A stretch of 64,000 bases of DNA from a virus: the IMG/VR virus record IMGVR_UViG_3300042991_001118, positions 32,001 through 96,000 of that record; one strand, given 5' to 3'. The translations under genes and the position numbers were made by a program. Shown here piece by piece: positions 1 through 9,117 of this stretch (position 1 is the stretch's first letter; every line of letters starts with the position of its first letter). Below the pieces are notes generated by a model. That model searched no databases. It was not told where the DNA came from and saw only the letters and a program-made list of their open reading frames with translations.

Positions 1-102
1 CAATACAGAAATGTACCTCTCCGACGCATCCAATAATGCAGCGTGTATCCCCTGCTGCACCACCTCAATCCTCTTAACCTCTTCTTTTGTCCTCTTACTC
101 AT
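1..102 (-). CDS. hypothetical protein, 5' part (runs off the window edge)
   Basis: ATG at 102 with AAGGAG RBS upstream; open frame MSKRTKEEVKRIEVVQQGIHAALLDASERYISVL to position 1. Confidence 0.6.
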   Translation of the reverse strand, partial: MSKRTKEEVKRIEVVQQGIHAALLDASERYISVL

Positions 103-268
103 TTGAATATCTCCTTATGCAAAACCTCAAATTGACTCTGGAATAAACTCAAAGAACAAATTAAATATAAAACGAAAATGGAAATGTAGTCAAAACTGTA
201 GTCAACCCCAGAACCAATATCATGAGAAAATATAGAAATACCCAACTTGCTAGTTGGCAAAAATATTC

Positions 269-296
269 TTGACTATGCAAAATAACTTATTATACT
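269..296 (+). promoter_or_regulatory. sigma70-type promoter of the transposase
   Basis: TTGACT-N16-TATACT inside the left IR; AGGAG RBS before the ATG at 339. Confidence 0.55.
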
Positions 297-338
297 CCTA
301 ATAATAAATCTAATATCAATAAAAATTAGGAGTTATAC

Positions 339-1166
339 ATGAAAAAAGATCAAGAAACAACTATCATCACAATTTACATAATCATTGACGCTCTTTGTGA
401 AAATTTATTACGCCATCCAGCACAAAAACAGAAATTAACGGATGCTGAAATAATAACGATAGCAATATGTTCTGCCATTTTCTTCAACAGCAATCATGAC
501 AAAGCTCTTTCCTGGCTGCGCATAGCTGGCTATTTCCCTGAGATGCTTAGTTTATCCAGGTTCAATCGAAGGATACATCGTCTAAAAGAGTTTATCAAAT
601 TCTGTTTCGAGAGCGTCAGCGAGTTGTTTCTTACGAAAAAATTATACATCGCCGATTCTATGCCTTTGCCTGTATGCAAAAGAGTGCGGGCTTGTCGAAA
701 TAAAAAAGTCCGAGGCAGAGAATACTATGGCTGCTGTGTTGCAAAAAATGAAAAATTCTTTGGATTCCGGCTGCATCTCATTGTGGATACCCAAGGAATT
801 CCTGCATCTGTCGCCATTATGCCTGGAGCATACCACGATATCACTCCTGTGTATGAAGTTACGTCGCCGTTGCCGGAACAATCGACTGTCATGGGAGATA
901 AAGCATACAACTGTAAAAATGTCGAAGATGCTTTGAAAGAATTCGGCACCACACTGATGCCCAAACGTCGTAAAAATATGAAAATGCAGTGGTCTTTGTT
1001 CGAGCAATATTTTATCATAGGTCAACACAGAAGGCAAATAGAAACATCGTTTAGCATTCTCTCCGACACTATGGGACTCAATCATATCAAAACTACGACA
1101 CTAAAAGGCTTTATGATTAAAACCTACGCTGCCGTGCTCGCTATGATTTTCTATATCGTTTTCTAA
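339..1166 (+). CDS. IS982 family DDE transposase
   Basis: 275 aa; KLTDAEIITI and LSRFNRR N-terminal motifs; IADSMP, FFGFRLH, GDKAY and RRQIETSF (D-D-E triad). Confidence 0.92.
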   Translation: MKKDQETTIITIYIIIDALCENLLRHPAQKQKLTDAEIITIAICSAIFFNSNHDKALSWLRIAGYFPEMLSLSRFNRRIHRLKEFIKFCFESVSELFLTKKLYIADSMPLPVCKRVRACRNKKVRGREYYGCCVAKNEKFFGFRLHLIVDTQGIPASVAIMPGAYHDITPVYEVTSPLPEQSTVMGDKAYNCKNVEDALKEFGTTLMPKRRKNMKMQWSLFEQYFIIGQHRRQIETSFSILSDTMGLNHIKTTTLKGFMIKTYAAVLAMIFYIVF

Positions 1167-1173
1167 AATCATC

Positions 1174-2646
1174 TTACAAACAAACCATACCTGCATTTTG
1201 CAACACGAGGCTGCACTCTTTAGATGGGACATAATCTTTTTGCATCGCAAAACCGACCCGCATGCCCATTTCTCCGTATCCTTTGATTACACAATATGTT
1301 CCCTTATATCGAACCACATCTCCTTTTCTCAGTTCGTCGTATCCGCTTCGTATGACTTTCTTTCCAGGCAGCACACGCAAACGTGCCAGAATTTGTTTGC
1401 CTTTTTTAGCGACTAGCTCTGTCAGGCTGTCAGACTTTTGTCCCGTTCTTTTGTTGCGATTTTTAGCCACGATTTTTGTGCCATCTTTATAGTTTCTCTC
1501 CCTTGTGGCATGGATAAGCTGGCGATGGTGCCTTCGGAACTGTTTGTATTCATATACGATAAGGTCGCTAGATTTTATCGAGCCTATTTTATCTTCGTCA
1601 GAAAAGGAGACCAGATATGCGTCTATGCAATGGCTTTTGGGAAGTCCCAGATTTTGCCGTTTTTCTTTGGTCTCGTATCCATAAGTTAGACAAACAGTTG
1701 AAACAATTTGCATCAACCATTCATAAAATAAAGGCATGATTGTGTTTAGAATCGTCGTATGAACATACTTCTTACACATGCCTGCAAATACAGCCTTGAC
1801 CTGGGCATCTACTTTCTCATGGCGATGCACTTTCTCATGGCATTTTGCGCAAAGGGTGATCAGATTTTCCGGATTGTCCCCGCCTTTCTGGCTTGCCCAT
1901 ATTACATGGTGTACGTGCAAATTCCCTTTTGTGTTACCACACAACTGGCACGTATGCTTGTCTCGGCAAAGCACGTATTCCTGGCTGTTGGCGTACCCTT
2001 TTTTTCTGCCGTTTTGGTACTGCACGCCTTGAACGGAGGGATTGTCAAGTTTGTGGATGTCGAATTTGCCATATTCCAGATGCACATGCGCTATAGGCAA
2101 TATTTTAGCTGCTTTGTCACTGAATCTTTTGTGCGTTTCCAACAAATGGCTGGCCGTAGGCGTGAGCCAACCTCTGTTTCGGCGGCGATTATGAAAGCGG
2201 ATCGGCTTAGGTTTTATCCCTTTGCAAAGCAAATTTTCGGCGGTATTCGATATTTTGTATCTCTTTTCACCAAAGTATGTTTGCGCTTTTTTCGCCCTGC
2301 GTTTTCTAACCAAACGACGATGCCTCCTTCTGCTTTGCCTGTGCATCCTGCGTTCGGCCATATTTTCGGACACTTCCTTGCTTCTAGCTTCCACATGTGC
2401 CGCAAATACTACTTCTCCATTCTCTTTTCTCACGACTAGCGCGATATCTTTTCCGCCTGGGTCAATTCCCATAATCAAAGGTTGAGTGTAGGATGTAGTA
2501 TCATATAAAAGTTGTATCGTGAATGGTTTACGACGTATTACTTTTGCAAGGCCGGCTTTTAGCAACTTTTTCACTTTGCCAAATCTTTTCGTCGGCATGA
2601 GTGGCTGGCCATTTTCCGATACGACATAAACGTAATTATTTTCCAT
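1174..2646 (-). CDS. iscB: IscB RNA-guided endonuclease (OMEGA), about 490 aa; true start is the ATG at 2646
   Basis: PLMP motif (GQPLMPT), RuvC-I GIDPG, Arg-rich bridge helix, RuvC-II HLEYGKFD, HNH CQLC..HVHH..NLITLCAKCH, RuvC-III KSHCIDA; catalytic residues appear intact. Confidence 0.95.
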   Translation of the reverse strand: MENNYVYVVSENGQPLMPTKRFGKVKKLLKAGLAKVIRRKPFTIQLLYDTTSYTQPLIMGIDPGGKDIALVVRKENGEVVFAAHVEARSKEVSENMAERRMHRQSRRRHRRLVRKRRAKKAQTYFGEKRYKISNTAENLLCKGIKPKPIRFHNRRRNRGWLTPTASHLLETHKRFSDKAAKILPIAHVHLEYGKFDIHKLDNPSVQGVQYQNGRKKGYANSQEYVLCRDKHTCQLCGNTKGNLHVHHVIWASQKGGDNPENLITLCAKCHEKVHRHEKVDAQVKAVFAGMCKKYVHTTILNTIMPLFYEWLMQIVSTVCLTYGYETKEKRQNLGLPKSHCIDAYLVSFSDEDKIGSIKSSDLIVYEYKQFRRHHRQLIHATRERNYKDGTKIVAKNRNKRTGQKSDSLTELVAKKGKQILARLRVLPGKKVIRSGYDELRKGDVVRYKGTYCVIKGYGEMGMRVGFAMQKDYVPSKECSLVLQNAGMVCL

Positions 2647-2649
2647 ATT

Positions 2650-2835
2650 TTGCTCATTTATAAAAAATTCCGAAGAATAATTCCACACGAAGGTGGTCGG
2701 TCTCCCTGAACTGGGTGCAGGATTGGCATAGAGCCTGGGATTGGGAAGTTCATCCCAGGGTACTACCTGCATCCGTGTGTCACGTCCCTACTCAACTAGC
2801 AAGCAGGGTAACCCTGATAACTACAGCGTTCAATC
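2650..2835 (-). ncRNA. omegaRNA (HEARO-like) scaffold of IscB; 5' boundary uncertain (2809-2835)
   Basis: Minus strand has TAGTTGAGTAG..., CCCTGGGATG-AACTTCCC-AATCCCAGG stem, TGCAGG/CCTGCA pairing and CAGGGAGAC pseudoknot-like segment, directly upstream of the PLMP start. Confidence 0.8.
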
Positions 2836-2933
2836 CTAAAAACTTCGTGATACAGACGAAAACTAAAGCAAAATTCAATAAAGTCTGCACCAGGGCGAAT
2901 CTCGATAAAAGCTCCTTTGCTTTTCCCTTGTCA

Positions 2934-3137
2934 TTATTCTTCTGCTGCTGTTCCATTCTTGTCCTCACTTATGTTTTTCCTTATCGGCCTACCAGTCCTG
3001 ACTACCTCATGAGGCATTTTATACCTGTCCTCTAAGGCCCTCCGAATTATCGTAACAACAGGGGACCCAGTCGCAAACATCTCCTCTTCGATTTTCTCGA
3101 AAATATTGTCCGGAATCCTTACAACCGTGTTTTTCAT
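2934..3137 (-). CDS. ribbon-helix-helix (Arc/CopG-like) repressor
   Basis: 67 aa; KNTVVRIPDNIFEKIEE...VTIIRRALE fits the RHH pattern; GGGG RBS. Confidence 0.65.
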   Translation of the reverse strand: MKNTVVRIPDNIFEKIEEEMFATGSPVVTIIRRALEDRYKMPHEVVRTGRPIRKNISEDKNGTAAEE

Positions 3138-3180
3138 CTTTTTTTATTCCCCTTCTTTTATTATTTTCTTAATATAAACA

Positions 3181-3270
3181 ATTTTAAATAATAAAACATA
3201 AAGATATTTATTTGTCAAGAAGAAAATAAAATATTTTATGCTTTATTATTTAAAATTTTTATGTTATAAT
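3181..3270. promoter_or_regulatory. divergent promoter/operator region with a long imperfect inverted repeat
   Basis: About 30-bp arms 3181-3210 / 3228-3256 flank a minus-strand TTGACA (3213-3218); plus-strand extended -10 TGTTATAAT (3262-3270). Confidence 0.55.
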
Positions 3271-3321
3271 ATTCTATGCAATCTTATATGGCTTTGTTTA
3301 ATTTTATGTTAGGAGATAATA

Positions 3322-4098
3322 ATGGATAATAATATCTTAATGAAGATAGAGGAAAAATTGCTTGGTGGAGAGTTGGTTCGGACCGCAAATGCAAGAGAAC
3401 TTCATGAGAAATTGCAGGTGTCTACGTATTTCACTACGTGGATACAAAGAAGATTGTGTGAGGCTCAAGCGATTGAAGGACAAGACTTTATAAGCCTTTC
3501 AAATTTGGAAGCCTCTGGGCAGACTAGTAAAATGATATATGTCTCTGCAAATATGTGCCAGCACATCGCGATGTTGGAGCGAACCGAAATTGGTAGGAAG
3601 GTGCGCCAGTACTTTATCGATGTCGAGAAAAAAGTAAAGGATATCGTATTGGAACAGACCCTCAAGGAAAAGGCCATGAGGGACTTTAAAGTGTACAAAG
3701 AATTAGGCGAGATTGTACAATTGCCTACGTCCACGATTATTTCGGAAGCATCAAAACTCGTGGACAGAACCTACGGCACAAACTTCGTCGAGTTTATTTC
3801 TAAGTCCCCACTCCTCGATAACGTGAAAGAATCAGACGAATACCTGGAACCCACAGAACTCGGAAAAATTCTGGGGATATCTGCAATCTCCTTAAATAAA
3901 AACCTGGAATCGCTCGGACTTCAAGATAAAACCGGAAATTCCTGGACTCCTACAGCAATTGGGAAAAAATTCTGCTTTGTACACCAGTGGTCCACTAGGG
4001 CAAAATCTGGTTACAACTTGAAATGGAATGTCAGGGAAATCTCTAATCTCCTTTTGAACAGAAATCCAACCCCACGTGTGGTTGGTGATGGCGGATAA
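3322..4098 (+). CDS. phage antirepressor (AntA/AntB N-terminus, KilAC-like C-terminus)
   Basis: [41 protein letters not shown]; C-terminal PTELGKILGISAISLNK..W.PT..G. Confidence 0.85.
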   Translation: MDNNILMKIEEKLLGGELVRTANARELHEKLQVSTYFTTWIQRRLCEAQAIEGQDFISLSNLEASGQTSKMIYVSANMCQHIAMLERTEIGRKVRQYFIDVEKKVKDIVLEQTLKEKAMRDFKVYKELGEIVQLPTSTIISEASKLVDRTYGTNFVEFISKSPLLDNVKESDEYLEPTELGKILGISAISLNKNLESLGLQDKTGNSWTPTAIGKKFCFVHQWSTRAKSGYNLKWNVREISNLLLNRNPTPRVVGDGG

Positions 4099-4389
4099 TC
4101 GATAAAAGACGAGGGGTTTGCAGTCTGGGATAATTGAATTCCAAAATTCAATTTCAAAAATCAGAAAAAAGTTCTGGGGTGTAGCGACCCCCTCCACATC
4201 TTTTCCATCCGCCGTAAACCCTTCGGACACCCCTCTAAGCCAACCCCTGCCTAAGCCCCTGAGTGCCGCAAAGAGGGGACAAAAAAGACCCAACAAGACC
4301 AAAAGGAGACAAGGGGACACCTTTCACCACACTCGTACACTTCAATAGAAGCCAGTGGCTGCATTCTGATGAGTCCAACCGTCTATTGA

Positions 4390-4790
4390 GTCCATCTAAT
4401 CCATCCACGTGGCTATATTACATCCCAATCGCCTCGACAATGAACACCCAACCCATCCATCCCATCCCTTTTATCCTATCTAACCCATCCCATCCATCCC
4501 TTTGACCCCCTTTAGCCCGACCGCCCTTTCCATTCCATCCATTTTGTCCTATCCAATCCATCCCATCCATCCCTTTCATCCATCCCTAGACTCGATTACA
4601 GCCATTTTTATCCATACCAAAGACCTTTTCCATCCCTTTTATCCATCCAGGTCTATCCCCGGGCTAAAAACGCCTCCTACGTGGAGAAAAAGACCAAAGA
4701 GATATTCCCATCCATCCATTCCATCCCACCCAGCCTTTTAGCCCGACCGCCTTTTCCCCTCCATCCCTTCCATCGATTCCATCCTTATCA
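4390..4790. repeat. C-rich low-complexity tract of CCATC(C) units
   Basis: Dozens of CATCC/CCATC copies, all in one orientation; TTTAGCCCGACCGCC duplicated at about 4511 and 4737. Confidence 0.8.
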
Positions 4791-4889
4791 ACAATGCAAT
4801 AGTTGTACACCACTTTCACAGGATAAAAAAGACAACAGGAGAGAACAACCCTAGAGCCTTAATAGGAATCATTGTCGCAACTAGCCCAC

Positions 4890-5170
4890 AACCCAGGACA
4901 GAACAGACAGAAAAGATTTTTTAGGATTGGAACATAGGGAAGGTAAAGGGTGCAGGGTGATTCCATAGGACAAACCCGACAAGATAGACAGAAAATCCAG
5001 GAGAAAATCGACAAGACAGACAGAACAGACAGGAAAAAACCGATAGACCGGACAGAAAAGCCAGGACAGGACAGACAGAAACGACTTTTCATCCAGGATT
5101 TCCAGGCATGACAAGGGAAAAAGACCGTTTTTTAGGGTATTTTCGAGAAAAAACAGACAAAAAAGACATT
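4890..5170. repeat. purine-rich tract of GACA(G) units
   Basis: Many GGACAG/AGACAG/GACAA copies, single orientation. Confidence 0.75.
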
Positions 5171-5580
5171 TTTCACAGGATTCATGAGAAAATTACTAGA
5201 CGGAAAAGATTCCAGCACAGCAACATGTGGAAATTTTAAAAAATCGTCGCGATAAGACGAGAAAGATGAATAGGTTATAGCCGTGTTAAAAAATATGCTT
5301 GGACGAAAAAAATAAAAACGACTCGACAGATAAAAAAGATAAGGCTTACAGAGGACTTTCGTGAAAGTGAAAATAGGAAAAAAACGAAAAATGGGTAGCT
5401 CTGTGAGGCTTATCCTACGGCCTTCTCCGCACCTATGCCAATCAAGAGGATTACCTGCCTTATCTGCATGGATGGAAGACTAAAAGTCTTAGTAACACAA
5501 GAGATAGGACAATATTGAGAAACCTGGCATGTATATCAGTATACCAGAATGAGATATTCCGGGGAATGTCCCACGTAAAA

Positions 5581-5634
5581 TGCAGACTAAAGTCTACATA
5601 TCTCTAGGGATGCAGACTAAAGTCTACATATCTC
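5581..5634. repeat. 24-bp direct repeat x2 with an internal palindrome
   Basis: TGCAGACTAAAGTCTACATATCTC at 5581-5604 and 5611-5634. Confidence 0.85.
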
Positions 5635-5989
5635 CGGGGGAATAATGAGAAGAAGGATAAGCCGTGGTGGGTGGAGTCCTATCGGACTATGGAATGGATG
5701 GCAATTTGTTCCTAGCAAATCACATCTACTAGGAACATTTTAAATATATCGAGGACACGAAGATACAGAAGATTTTTCTAAAAAAACAGCATTTGTTCCT
5801 AGCACTTTCCAACTTTCTTTTTTTACCAGGACGAAATTTTGAATTTAAAACCGAACGACCATTCTCAAGAAGAGAACCACGCGCGATGACAATTAAAAGA
5901 ATTTCTCGAAGAAGAGAAAATCGTGAAATAGAATGAAGCTCTGTCGGGATTTTTTCTCGAATCCAAAGTGGCTTTCCCCCCAAAAATTT

Positions 5990-6805
<816 letters not shown>

Positions 6806-6827
6806 GGTTATGTCCGTATAATTATAC

Positions 6828-6918
6828 GAATCAATATACAGATATAGATATTATTGCGAATCATTATGAATCATTATACAGATATAGATATCGTTACGAA
6901 TCATTATGAATCATTATT
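6828..6918. repeat. about 40-bp tandem duplication with GAATCATTAT sub-repeats
   Basis: TATACAGATATAGATAT..CGAATCATTATGAATCATTAT occurs twice. Confidence 0.75.
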
Positions 6919-6937
6919 CAATAATATATTAGGATTT

Positions 6938-6964
6938 GAACTGTCAAGGATTTCTTGACAGTTC
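6938..6964. promoter_or_regulatory. palindrome giving back-to-back TTGACA -35 boxes
   Basis: GAACTGTCAAG-GATTT-CTTGACAGTTC. Confidence 0.45.
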
Positions 6965-7052
6965 GAGATGTGCTAGGATATGGTGATTCGAGGTGCATGT
7001 GGATTAGAACCATTGGGGTTATTGGGATACAGGGGTATGTGGTTAGAATTCA

Positions 7053-7389
7053 TCCCCAAACCTTGTTATATTGGATGTTGTGTTGCAACCCGAATATGGA
7101 GTCAAAAGCCCAAGAGTGATAGGAAAAAGTCTCAACCCTTGTTATATTGGATGCTGGGTTGCAACAAAGAGACACAAGGAACATTGTTTGACCTATACTA
7201 TACGTCTCAAACCTTGTTATATTGGATGCTGGGTTTCAACATACATAAGGACACTGACGTTCACAGAGGAATTCATGTCTCAAACCTTGTTATATTGGAT
7301 GCTGGGTTGCAACTGACCACATAGAGAAAAAGATTGAAAAGGAGCTAGAATGGTCTCAAACCTTGTTATATTGGATGTTGTGTTGCAAC
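7053..7389 (-). CRISPR. orphan CRISPR mini-array: 5 repeats (37 bp), 4 spacers (39, 38, 36, 39 bp)
   Basis: Repeat GTCTCAAACCTTGTTATATTGGATGCTGGGTTGCAAC at 7053 (degenerate), 7129, 7204, 7277 and 7353. Minus orientation inferred from the ...AACAAGGTTTGAGAC 3' end and the degenerate left repeat. No cas genes in the window. Confidence 0.95.
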
Positions 7390-7451
7390 CCCTAGTTCCA
7401 ATCTATCTCACATTTTATGATGCTTAATTGATAAAAGGAACTTCATCTTAA

Positions 7452-7901
7452 TTATATCTTTTTGGAATAAGAAGTCAAGAGAATTTTCCCCCTTAAGAAT
7501 CGGGATTCCATCCGCCTTTGACATTCTTCTCTGAGGTGTTCCCCTACCTTTTCCTCCTGCTTTAGCATGGCGAATTCGTCATTAGGGTTATGGGACTTCC
7601 TCTCTTTTTCCTGGAGGAATACGACTTCATGTTCCCAGAGGAACGCGAGGTTGATATGCTTTGACCCACAAAATGGACACGCAACGCGCGTTGCGTCCAA
7701 GATTTTTCTGTCTCTATCAAGAATTCCCTCAACAAAGGGTTTCCCACAGCGATAACAAAGAAAATTTGCCACATTACTCTCCTTTTTTGTGTTGAGGCTG
7801 CCCCGTCGTTGAGGACACCCAACAGTTTTTAATCCAGTTGAACTCCCAATCTCCTTGGGATTCGCCGCAGCATTTACACGGATTTTCTCCACAAAATTCA
7901 C
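7452..7901 (-). CDS. Zn-ribbon protein (start possibly GTG near 7772)
   Basis: CYRC...CPFCGS. Confidence 0.55.
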   Translation of the reverse strand: MNFVEKIRVNAAANPKEIGSSTGLKTVGCPQRRGSLNTKKESNVANFLCYRCGKPFVEGILDRDRKILDATRVACPFCGSKHINLAFLWEHEVVFLQEKERKSHNPNDEFAMLKQEEKVGEHLREECQRRMESRFLRGKILLTSYSKKI

Positions 7902-7923
7902 ATTTCATCTTTATCACGCCCTT

Positions 7924-8115
7924 TCATTTTCCGCTAATCTTGACGTTCAGTCCTGCTTTCAGCATCCCCTTATTGATTCCCTTTAAAGCCTCCGCAACGA
8001 CCTCGAAAGGGATTTCCGTCTTCCCAGGATCCCCCATGAATTTACCAAGGAGTACATGGAGTTCCTCCACAACGGTATATGGCACGACAACTTCTTTCAT
8101 GTTTTTTTTCGTCAT
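7924..8115 (-). CDS. hypothetical phage protein
   Basis: 63 aa, AAGGA RBS, within the minus-strand operon. Confidence 0.6.
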   Translation of the reverse strand: MTKKNMKEVVVPYTVVEELHVLLGKFMGDPGKTEIPFEVVAEALKGINKGMLKAGLNVKISGK

Positions 8116-8126
8116 ATATGTTCCTT

Positions 8127-8369
8127 CTATTTTCTATCTGCTGATGTGGTGGTGTATGGCTGATTCATTTTTTTTATTTGGACAGGGAATCCAAGCCATT
8201 TCCCGGATGATCGAAGAAATTCCCAGTTTGCATCACGGGGATTCCCTGCAAAAACGATTATCTGCTCTGCATCTCCGGTATCCAGAATACAGATTGATCT
8301 GAATTCTGGTATGGCTATAGCTCTTTTTAAAAGATCCTTTGCGGCGGTTTCCAATTCTGCTCTTGACAT
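8127..8369 (-). CDS. hypothetical protein (likely start MSRAEL)
   Basis: AAGGAGG RBS before the ATG at 8369. Confidence 0.55.
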   Translation of the reverse strand: MSRAELETAAKDLLKRAIAIPEFRSICILDTGDAEQIIVFAGNPRDANWEFLRSSGKWLGFPVQIKKMNQPYTTTSADRK

Positions 8370-8382
8370 CGGAATTCCCTCC

Positions 8383-8592
8383 TTAACATTCGCCTGTCTT
8401 TTCCTTATCCTGTTTGGGCTTGGACTTGCAGGATATTGACATATGCAACATGGTTTTTGCTTCACTAAAGCCTTTGTAGTAACAGGCTTTGCAATAAACA
8501 GAATACCATGGCGTGAACATAGCATTGTTTCCTATTATTTCTTTCCCGCACTTTTTACACTTTGTTGCTTTTGACATCAGTATTCCTTTCAT
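8383..8592 (-). CDS. small Zn-finger protein
   Basis: CKKC...YCKAC. Confidence 0.5.
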   Translation of the reverse strand: MKGILMSKATKCKKCGKEIIGNNAMFTPWYSVYCKACYYKGFSEAKTMLHMSISCKSKPKQDKEKTGEC

Positions 8593-8625
8593 CGTATAAT
8601 CCCAAAGGCTTTCAGGAATTCCCTT

Positions 8626-9117
8626 TCAGCCTCTGCATCCACACCTTTTTTGTCGATATACCATAGTTTGAATTTTCCCGTAGATAGAATTAGCATACTG
8701 TGGTTCTGTTTCTTCTACCATTCCAGAATTAAAGCATACTGGACATATATTGGCCTCGACCAATAATTGACCAGCCCTACAATCACAAAAGGTGCCATGT
8801 ACTATCCCTTTGCAATAGCACTTTGGACACGATTCCAATTTTCCCCCACGCATCTGATATTCCGAGATGATTTCATATGGCTGTATTAGCCTTTCTTCCC
8901 GTATGAACTTGGCTATTGTTGCTCCGTTCAATTTGTCCTGTTCCGTCCTGGTGGAAGCAGATTCTTCAGAGCTTTCATCAAAAATTTCATCGGATTTTTG
9001 CCTCATATCCAATCCTTTCACGTTTTTTTCCTGATCGTTAGGTTGTTCCGGGATTCCCGGTATCCAGAATTTCGATTTCCTTTCCATCGATGACCCAGAA
9101 TGCCATGTCCAGATCAA
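8626..9117 (-). CDS. Cys-rich (DnaJ-like CxxCxxxG) hypothetical protein; start probably near 9008
   Basis: CPKCYCKG, CDC, CPVCFNSG, CGC. Confidence 0.55.
   Translation of the reverse strand: MIWTWHSGSSMERKSKFWIPGIPEQPNDQEKNVKGLDMRQKSDEIFDESSEESASTRTEQDKLNGATIAKFIREERLIQPYEIISEYQMRGGKLESCPKCYCKGIVHGTFCDCRAGQLLVEANICPVCFNSGMVEETEPQYANSIYGKIQTMVYRQKRCGCRG

Larger units (their letters stand above)
239..2810. mobile_element. IS982-family element carrying IscB and omegaRNA as cargo
   Basis: Left end TACCCAACTTGCTAGTTG (239-256) and reverse complement of right end TACCCTGCTTGCTAGTTG (2793-2810) match at 16/18. Both fit the IS982 ACCC..TTGCTAGTT end consensus. No IR follows the transposase stop directly; no target duplication seen. 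Confidence 0.75.

Noticed and set aside
185-209. GTCAACCCC as an IS200/IS605 end, or CTGTAGT as an outer IR with 2820-2826
   Set aside because: Only a 7-bp match; better explained as tandem TTGACT -35 boxes for the minus-strand gene starting at 102
2647-2772. 42-aa N-terminal extension of IscB in the ORF track
   Set aside because: Overlaps the omegaRNA; IscB proteins start just before VYV..PLMP
228-2822. Target-site duplication around the IS982 element
   Set aside because: Flanks (TATAGAAA / ACCCTGAT) do not match; none claimed
3892-5983. ORFs across the low-complexity region
   Set aside because: Pro/Ser/Leu/Cys-biased translations of repeats, no RBS
6980-7324. ORFs over the CRISPR array
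   Set aside because: Translations of repeat units
7090-7352. Self-targeting spacers
   Set aside because: No match noticed by eye in the window; needs a real alignment
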